Shown piece after piece: positions 57,214-64,000 of a stretch of 64,000 bases of DNA. Position 1 is the first letter of the stretch. Each line of letters opens with the position of its first letter. Position numbers and translations under genes: made by a program. This DNA is from Eubacteriales bacterium (GTDB taxonomy: Bacteria > Bacillota > Clostridia > Oscillospirales > Oscillospiraceae), in NCBI GenBank assembly GCA_030539285.1, contig JAUNSH010000006.1, positions 9,027 to 73,026 of the forward strand, read 5' to 3'. The notes under the pieces were generated by a model. The model did no database searches. It was not told the origin of the DNA and worked only from the letters and a program-made list of their open reading frames with translations.

Positions 57214-58497
57214 TCAGAAAAAATCCGCGCACAATTGTTGCGTGATCTTCTGTACATCAAACAAATCCACAAAACGGATTCGAACAGTCACACCGTCGTC
57301 AGATCGGTATTCCATACCAGTCTCATAAGCAACCTTGTCGGTTTTCGGATAGACCAGTGTCACATGATTGGCACCATACTTTTTCTGATAAGCGTACATC
57401 TGATACATATCTGCTTGGGAAATTCCGTAGTTTGTCTTGCTGTCTGAAAGGATCTTCCACTTGGTATCGAGAATGAATTCCGCACCGTCTGCTTTGCGCT
57501 TCACCACAATGTCCGGACGCATCAGGAACTTCTTTCCCGGTTCATCGAACAGATGGTAACTCTTGTCCTGTACGGATACGGCAAAGTCTGCATATCCTAA
57601 CTTTTTCTTCAGCAGGGCAGCAATATAGCTTTCAAAAAGAGTTTCCATGGGGAACAGTAGTGCCATCGCTACTTCTGAGCCAGCGAAAGAAGTAAAGCTC
57701 TTGCCCATCAGAAACACCCTGCTCCACAGCAGTGCTGTGCTGTAATCCTTCATATTGCGGTCAGGGATGTACTTTGCAAAGTCGCTTTTGTAGTCTACCG
57801 ATGCGTCAACTTCTGCAAAAGAATTCAGGAGAATCTTGATATCGTTTCTGTTTTTTGAAGAGGCAGAGCGCGGATACAGATATTGCAAGGTAGCCTTTAA
57901 CAGCCGATTCTCCGGGCGGTTTACATTGAAAGCATCGTAGGCAACATAGCTGCGCTCTTTGTGGGTGTGATTAAACTTAATCTGCTGGGAGAACAACATT
58001 TTTCCCTTGAAGAATGTAGCGTTTTCCTCAATGGTTTCATAGCTGCATTTCAGTCCGCGCTTTACGATAAAGAACACTTCGTCGATAAACATGCGAATGA
58101 AAACATCAAAGATGTTCATCTTCTCCACATTCACGCTGGTGCTTTGCAGATTTTTATAAGGAGAATCCCGGAGCGTCTTCAGTATTTCAATGAGCAGCCG
58201 CTTGACTCTGGCTGCAGAATCATCTTCAGAAGAGGAAGAAACCTTGGGAAGAATCTCAATGGTCGTGCCATCGTTCATGGTGATGATTCCTACATAATTC
58301 CTGGCAGTAATGACTTTGCCGATACCCTTGCGAGCCGACAGCCCCATCAATTCCAGCGCATCGACTTCTTTGCTGCGGTTGGTAAGTACAAAGTTTTCAA
58401 GCTGTTCGAAGGTGTGCGGAGGCAGCGTAATGTATCCATCCACTTTCTTGCCGGTGATGAAAGAGCCGTATTCGGTTATCTGATAGACAGGTTTCAT
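57214..58497 (-). CDS. mcrC: McrC-family nuclease subunit
   Basis: NYVGII..IEILPK, LFESYI, RPDI..LDTKWK, DMYQMYAY. Confidence 0.9.
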   Translation of the reverse strand: MKPVYQITEYGSFITGKKVDGYITLPPHTFEQLENFVLTNRSKEVDALELMGLSARKGIGKVITARNYVGIITMNDGTTIEILPKVSSSSEDDSAARVKRLLIEILKTLRDSPYKNLQSTSVNVEKMNIFDVFIRMFIDEVFFIVKRGLKCSYETIEENATFFKGKMLFSQQIKFNHTHKERSYVAYDAFNVNRPENRLLKATLQYLYPRSASSKNRNDIKILLNSFAEVDASVDYKSDFAKYIPDRNMKDYSTALLWSRVFLMGKSFTSFAGSEVAMALLFPMETLFESYIAALLKKKLGYADFAVSVQDKSYHLFDEPGKKFLMRPDIVVKRKADGAEFILDTKWKILSDSKTNYGISQADMYQMYAYQKKYGANHVTLVYPKTDKVAYETGMEYRSDDGVTVRIRFVDLFDVQKITQQLCADFF

Positions 58498-58524
58498 GCG
58501 CCGGCCTCCTTCCTTTGCGATTCG

Positions 58525-61416
58525 TTAAACTGAGCGATAAGCCTCAATATTGCCAAAGGCCGCATCGTTGATTTCGTAGCTGTATCCGTCATCCAGTCCG
58601 ACTTCGATATCGCCAAACAGTTCAGCATAATCATTTTCTTTGGCAACGATAAACTGCTCTTCCGGATTCGATTTCCTATTATCGCCCAGTACCAGTCGGA
58701 TCTTTTCATAATCCTCGTAGAAATACTCCTGCAGCAGAGGAACAATGTTGTTGGTGAATATTTCCGCCAAGGCTTCGACAGTGGGACTGTCCTTTAACGG
58801 CATGAAATAGGCATGTCCGATGGTATGCTCTCTGTCATACAGGACCGTGATCCGCTTATTCAGACGGGTCAGCAATTCGCTGATGGAAAGATCCTCTACA
58901 CTGATATCTGCCAGAACCTTGGGATCAGGCAGCATTTCCCGGAACAGGAAGCGACGCCGCAGAGCGGTATCAATTGTGGCAATAGAACGGTCAGCGGTAT
59001 TCATGGTGCCGATGATGTAAACATTCTTGGGAACACCGAACAGTTTCTGAGAATAGGGTAATCTGACCGTCATTCCCTCTGGCATGCCAACACGCTTGGT
59101 CGCTTCAATCAGAGTGATCAGTTCACCAAAGATTTTGGAGATGTTGCCGCGATTGATTTCGTCGATGATGAAAACGTAGTTTTCGCTCTTTGCAGGGGCA
59201 AGTTGTTTCGGCTGATACTTCTCAATCAGTTGATACACATCCGGCAGAGAAATATTCAGACGGTAAACGGAGGCCAGGGTCATAGAGGTTCCACCGTTGA
59301 TTGCCAGAATGTTCTCACGAATGTCTTTGACAATCCAGTTGACCTTACGCAGACGCTTCAGGCTGGCATATTCCTCGTGCCATTCGTATTCACCGGTAAC
59401 GACACCAATGGCATCAATGGTAGAAGCACTGTAACAGGACAGGACGATATCGCCAACCTGCATTCTGTTGATAAATGCGTTCAGAACCACACGGCCGCCT
59501 GAAACAGAAAAGTCGGTTTCATCTGTGATATCCTTGCCATAGTCATCCCAGCCAATTCGGATATGGTTATTTTTCAAACATTCCGTTCTGGTAGGATTGT
59601 CGCCCGTACCTTCCAAAGAAACCTTCCATATGCTTGGACTGTCGCTGATTCCGTAATCTGCATCTACCCTAACGGCAGGACGCTCGGCTCTCTCACAAAA
59701 GCGCTTGAATACACCGGGCTGTACGCTGTACTGGATTTCGCCGGATTCGCCGTCTGTATCATCGGGGGTAATCATTGGTCGAATTCCCTCAATGAATTCC
59801 TCATAGCCGTAGGACTGATGGAAAGTCGTGAACTCGATACGACCCTGCGCTTTATATTCATTGTACCGCTCCTGAACTTCCGCATAGTCCTCTTTTTCAA
59901 CTGCTGAAAGCTCTTTATTCTCAATGATTGCAACGGCATAGATGACCGTATGATAGGTCTTGCCGGTGCCGGGAGGGCCATATAGAATGGTGTTCAGACC
60001 CACATCCGTTACGGATTCCTGGTCGGAATCGGGAAGATCAATATACATAAGTGCCTCTTTCAGTTCCTCGCGGAGCCGCCAGGAATAGCGTTTGTTTCCG
60101 TTCTCCATGATATAGCGCCCGATAAACGGAACAACATATACTCTGCTGTGTTCCTCATCATTATCTTCAGGATCAATACAGTCGGGGCAATGGAAGTGTT
60201 TTTTTACCTTTCCGGCAAAACCAGTGCCAAGCGCATTATAGAAACCCGCAGTGTTTCCAAATGTCTCTGCCAGATGCGCGCAAGTACTCTCGCCGCCCAG
60301 CTTCAGCATTTTCCGGAGCATATCCAGATTTTCAGGGGAAGTAACTGAGGGGTTACACAGAACTGATTTCCACATTTCTGTGGTGATGCCGGGATTGTAT
60401 TCTTCCAGCGAGGGCCAATATGCCGTTTCTGCCGAGACACTGGGACGAGTCTTGAAATCTTTATCAGACATATAGTTACTTCCGTAATACACAATGTCCA
60501 TGGTCAGAAGATGAAGTGCCTCATCAGCATAGCAGTCGTTGTCCAGGCGGGCTTTGTGCTTTGCAATCAGCGCATGATCCTTTTCGACTTCTGCGAGGAT
60601 TATTTCGCACAACCGGAAGAAGTTTTCAACTTTGCCAATGACGGAAGATTGGTTGGACTTATCTTCCCGGAATCCAATTCTGTCACGAAAATCAGAATAC
60701 ATAGTGGATTTGTACAGATAGTATTTCTCCGGGTATTCAAAAGTCAGATAAACCATGATTGCACGCAGATCCTGATAATGATTCACAGCTTTTTCATACT
60801 CAGGATTTTGGGCTCTCATCTGATCAACACCGGATTTGCAGCTGTCCCGGAATACTTGATAACGCTCTTCCAGTGGCAAACTCTCGTCATGCAGTATTTT
60901 GAAAATTCTGCGAACTTCTTCAGGATTGACTCGGGCGTATTCTGTTATCATACGATAAGGATAATACATCGCGGAGGCAAGCAGATTATTTGCCTTTCCG
61001 AACGCCTCTTCCAGCATCTGCGCAAAGTTGGGAGAATCGATCTTCCAATGCTTCTTATACCAGGCGATAGCTTCCCATTTGTACCGTTCCCCCTGGTCTA
61101 CGGCATCAAAATGTTCTTTATAGTGATCGATCACAAAGTGAATCCTGTCTGTGATCGTATCGATCGAATTCGTTTTGAAAGTGATATACCGCTTCAAGTG
61201 GGATGCTGCGTCACTGCGCTTTTTCAGTTCCTTTTGATCGAGATCCGTCCGCTTCTTATCTGCTTCGATCTGAGTAAGTAATGCTTCACACTTGTCCTTG
61301 TCATATTCGGCATCGATTCCAACGGAATACAGGTTCTCGATCCTTGCCAAACCACTGGCATAGCTATTCCCGCTTTTTGCGCCTACATAGTCAATAAAAC
61401 CTTCTCTATCGAACAT
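58525..61416 (-). CDS. mcrB: McrB-family GTPase with multiple accessory domains
   Basis: GPPGTGKT, FHQSYGYEEFIEG, IIDEINRGN, MNTADRS, LRRRF. Confidence 0.92.
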   Translation of the reverse strand: MFDREGFIDYVGAKSGNSYASGLARIENLYSVGIDAEYDKDKCEALLTQIEADKKRTDLDQKELKKRSDAASHLKRYITFKTNSIDTITDRIHFVIDHYKEHFDAVDQGERYKWEAIAWYKKHWKIDSPNFAQMLEEAFGKANNLLASAMYYPYRMITEYARVNPEEVRRIFKILHDESLPLEERYQVFRDSCKSGVDQMRAQNPEYEKAVNHYQDLRAIMVYLTFEYPEKYYLYKSTMYSDFRDRIGFREDKSNQSSVIGKVENFFRLCEIILAEVEKDHALIAKHKARLDNDCYADEALHLLTMDIVYYGSNYMSDKDFKTRPSVSAETAYWPSLEEYNPGITTEMWKSVLCNPSVTSPENLDMLRKMLKLGGESTCAHLAETFGNTAGFYNALGTGFAGKVKKHFHCPDCIDPEDNDEEHSRVYVVPFIGRYIMENGNKRYSWRLREELKEALMYIDLPDSDQESVTDVGLNTILYGPPGTGKTYHTVIYAVAIIENKELSAVEKEDYAEVQERYNEYKAQGRIEFTTFHQSYGYEEFIEGIRPMITPDDTDGESGEIQYSVQPGVFKRFCERAERPAVRVDADYGISDSPSIWKVSLEGTGDNPTRTECLKNNHIRIGWDDYGKDITDETDFSVSGGRVVLNAFINRMQVGDIVLSCYSASTIDAIGVVTGEYEWHEEYASLKRLRKVNWIVKDIRENILAINGGTSMTLASVYRLNISLPDVYQLIEKYQPKQLAPAKSENYVFIIDEINRGNISKIFGELITLIEATKRVGMPEGMTVRLPYSQKLFGVPKNVYIIGTMNTADRSIATIDTALRRRFLFREMLPDPKVLADISVEDLSISELLTRLNKRITVLYDREHTIGHAYFMPLKDSPTVEALAEIFTNNIVPLLQEYFYEDYEKIRLVLGDNRKSNPEEQFIVAKENDYAELFGDIEVGLDDGYSYEINDAAFGNIEAYRSV

Positions 61417-61494
61417 AAACCGTCCTCCAATGACGAAGAAGATATGTAAATCCATTATACTTGGTTAATTGGGGGAATACAATATGAAAAACAG

Positions 61495-61962
61495 CTATTC
61501 TTCCTTGCTTTCGCGGATTTCCCCCAAATTGGTCACAACAACGCCTTTTCTTAGGGCATACGCAGTCAGCTCTTTTGCATTGCTCGCCGGATGCCACGCA
61601 TAGGCAATCAGATAGTCCACATGATCGATCATATACCGGTTTGCTCTCACGATAGCGTACCGGCGGGGAACAGATTCCATGCCCGGTGGGTAGAAAGTAC
61701 CATCAAACCCGGGTGGTGTTTCAATGGGTCGCTCTGCCGGATGATAGGAGAGCAGAAGCAGCAGAGTAATTCCCGGATACAACGCCTTTGCTGAGATAAC
61801 AGCCCTTGCAGCCATGCGGTCAAAACCTCCGTAGTTACCGACAATGAATTCCGTAACACCATAGTGAACAATGTGATGCTCTACAGCCTCTGTAAGCGCT
61901 GAAAAGATTTCCTCGGAAGCTTCCCTGTGACCAATAAAGAAGCAGCTTTTCAAAACAATCAC
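61495..61962 (-). CDS. SLOG-family (YspA/DUF1273-like) protein
   Basis: CFFIGHR, G.YGGFD, RANRYMID. Confidence 0.7.
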   Translation of the reverse strand: MIVLKSCFFIGHREASEEIFSALTEAVEHHIVHYGVTEFIVGNYGGFDRMAARAVISAKALYPGITLLLLLSYHPAERPIETPPGFDGTFYPPGMESVPRRYAIVRANRYMIDHVDYLIAYAWHPASNAKELTAYALRKGVVVTNLGEIRESKEE

Positions 61963-62072
61963 CTTTTCCAGTATTGAAAATCAAGAGTGGACCAGAACTG
62001 GTCCCATTATACCATAACCAACTCATAGAATAAACCCAAATGGACCAAATTAAGTCCAGTTGAGGTGTGGTT

Positions 62073-62327
62073 ATGGAACAGAAGATTAAGCAGGATATTA
62101 GAATCGGTGAAAACATTCGAAAGATTCGGAAGATGCGTAAATTGGGCCAAACGGATCTGGTGCGTATCCTACAAATTGATGGCTGCGACATGACACGTGA
62201 GTGCCTTGTCAAAATTGAGAGGTGCACACAGCACATTCAGGCAAGTCAACTGCACGCAATTAAAAAGGCACTAAATACAACTTATGAGGAACTGATTGAT
62301 GGTCCCACGGGCACGAATGAGCGGTGA
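62073..62327 (+). CDS. XRE-family HTH regulator
   Basis: IGENIRKIR..LGQTDL..LVKIER. Confidence 0.85.
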   Translation: MEQKIKQDIRIGENIRKIRKMRKLGQTDLVRILQIDGCDMTRECLVKIERCTQHIQASQLHAIKKALNTTYEELIDGPTGTNER

Positions 62328-62332
62328 TTCAT

Positions 62333-62578
62333 ATGAAGCCGAGAAAGCTGGAGCTAGGCGATCGTAACATCATCGGCAAGCGTGTTACCGAGGCGCGGCT
62401 GGCACAGGGAATGAAACAGGTGGAACTGCTTGCCAAATTGCAGCTTGCCGGGATTGATATCAGCGTACCCGCGCTGTCTTTACTGGAAGGTCAGAAACGC
62501 CCGGTATCAGATATTGAGCTGAATGCCCTGGCAGACATCCTGAATGTATCCGTTGACTGGCTGCTGGGAAGAGAATAA
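62333..62578 (+). CDS. XRE-family HTH regulator
   Basis: IGKRVTEAR..MKQVELL..LSLLEGQKR..VSVDWLLG. Confidence 0.88.
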   Translation: MKPRKLELGDRNIIGKRVTEARLAQGMKQVELLAKLQLAGIDISVPALSLLEGQKRPVSDIELNALADILNVSVDWLLGRE

Positions 62579-62727
62579 AAGAAGCCGTCGATGTAAGTTG
62601 TGCACTCACACCGACGGCGATATTTATTCTTTCAGCCGATTTTCTTCAAAGAAATACCGGGAAATATGAAAAGCGAAACACCAAAAAAAGTTTGAAATTC
62701 CCGGTTTTTTGAAATAGCATATTTTGG

Positions 62728-62751
62728 AACTATCCCCGCGGCTATCCCCCA
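62728..62751. repeat. Arm-type site candidates (middle element, right end)
   Basis: ctatccccgcgg-ctatccccca; the first is the exact reverse complement of 36344-55. Confidence 0.62.
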
Positions 62752-62781
62752 CGGCATTTTCGGGTGCTTCATTTTGACTTA

Positions 62782-62873
62782 AAAAGTTAGAAAAACACCG
62801 GATTTCTTATGGAAATCCGGTGTCTTTATGGTTGCGGAGGCAGGACTCGAACCTACGACCTCCGGGTTATGAG
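62782..62873 (-). repeat. att site: 3' half of tRNA-Met plus terminator; copy 2
   Basis: tRNA half at 62829-73 identical to 36210-54; 5' half of the tRNA absent. Confidence 0.9.
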
Positions 62874-62988
62874 CTGCAGTTGACATAACTTTATCTGCAA
62901 ATAATCGCCACTTTAAAGCCTTTCCGAGGAGTTTGCCACCTCCGGTAATCCACTGAAATCTGCCCCGTCCACTGCATGCTGATCCCGT

Positions 62989-63240
62989 ATGGGTCAAAAT
63001 ATGGGTCAAAAATGTGGTCTTGCTATGGGTCAGCCAAACAGGCAGCTTTCACCACCAAATTTGGACTTACGACACATTCAAGACCACTTTGGATTCACTT
63101 TTCCGGGGATTGCGCTGACCGGGTTTTCACGAGGTTTTTCAAACCCTGTTTTCGAGCCATCAGCGGATACCGGGAGGTTTTCTTCCTCTGCCGGTAATCT
63201 CCCACCCCGCTTCCAACATGGGTCAAAAACATGGGTCAGG
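62989..63240. repeat. atgggtca repeats; arm-type candidates of a third element
   Basis: atgggtca at 62989, 63001, 63025, 63218 and 63232. Confidence 0.6.
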
Positions 63241-63445
63241 CTGATTTTCCTCTCCCAGGCATGATCTTCACCCCAGGGTGTCGTGATTGTAACATAGCTT
63301 TCAAAAAATGCAAGTCTTTTCTTCCCAAAAGAAACTGCCGTCAGGTGGTACCATCTGATACCACCCAGCGGCAGCTAACAATACGAAGTAATCAAATAAA
63401 GGGACTTTCAAAATCGCCCCGGGATCTTTGACAAGTTGCACTCCG

Positions 63446-64000
63446 TCACTTGATGAGTTCCAGAACCTGCTGCATTGTTTTCTTACCGAAAACCACATCC
63501 TGGTCATTCACTACCATGCATGGCACACTCATGATATTGTACTGATTTTTCAAGTCCTCAAAATGGCGAATATCATACACATGGGCTGTCACATTGGGAT
63601 TCTCTGCAGCGATCCGCTGGGTAGCTACCACCAAATCGGGACACATAGTACAAGAGAGTGTAACCAAGATCTTGATATCTACGGCTTCTGTAATGGCTTC
63701 AATCTGCCGTTTTGTGTCCTCATCGATTGCCTGTCCGGGGCCTGCGGCGTTGTACAGTCCCAGCACAAAGGAAGTGAACTCATGACCGCTGGGCACACCG
63801 TGGAAAGCGAGACCTGTTGGTGTCCCGTCTGCCAAGCAAACCTCCACGCAGGGGGCAAAAGTTTCCTGCGCCTGTCTGTCACACACCTCCAGCTCCAGCT
63901 TGTCAGAAATTGCCACAAGTGCGGATATGAAGCTTTCCAATTCGGCTGAAATCGGACGCTTGTCCAGATATAGTTTCAGCAGAAGCGGTTGTTTCATTCG
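63446..64000 (-). CDS. AhpF-N-terminal-like tandem thioredoxin domains (C-terminal part of a longer gene)
   Basis: FHGVPSGHEFTSFVLGL, SCTMCPD, IMSVP. Confidence 0.8.
   Translation of the reverse strand, partial: RMKQPLLLKLYLDKRPISAELESFISALVAISDKLELEVCDRQAQETFAPCVEVCLADGTPTGLAFHGVPSGHEFTSFVLGLYNAAGPGQAIDEDTKRQIEAITEAVDIKILVTLSCTMCPDLVVATQRIAAENPNVTAHVYDIRHFEDLKNQYNIMSVPCMVVNDQDVVFGKKTMQQVLELIK

Larger units (their letters stand above)
36255..62873. mobile_element. Integrative (probably mobilisable) defence element of about 26.6 kb at tRNA-Met
   Basis: Flanked by att repeats; matching ctatcccc sites inside both ends; xis-int, VapE, ParB, TnpV and oriT-like site. Confidence 0.82.

Overview
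A 64-kb accessory region from an anaerobic Firmicute (Clostridia; Oscillospiraceae-like by gene content, which is an inference). It is built from integrative elements stacked in tandem at the 3' end of an initiator-type tRNA-Met gene. Two 92-bp att-like repeats (36163-36254 and 62782-62873) each hold only the 3' half of the tRNA, and the intact gene is not in the window. The left part carries a TCS/cardiolipin-synthase module, a GalB/RraA/TRAP organic-acid cluster, a PucR-linked cluster (V4R-like protein, GcvT-like enzyme, three Zn-dehydrogenases, two SDRs, MFS), an orphan MazF, a polyol operon bracketed by duplicated xis genes, and an integrase. The middle element (about 26.6 kb) is a defence island. 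It has a type III R-M operon with a fused PARIS-like ATPase-TOPRIM gene between mod and res, an ART-like gene upstream, and a DUF4869 + mini ATPase-TOPRIM pair downstream. It also carries a macrodomain/HhH-glycosylase-like/vWA/ADP-ribosylhydrolase cassette, a decaying TnpV-primase-VapE-ParB-xis-int backbone, a relaxase-less oriT candidate and McrBC. The best candidates for undescribed biology are the layered type III R-M operon with the DUF4869/ATPase-TOPRIM pair, a conserved boxA-like non-coding leader shared by both elements, integrases with an inserted XRE-HTH domain, and the V4R-like/GcvT catabolic cluster. All family calls come from motif recognition by eye, with no database search.
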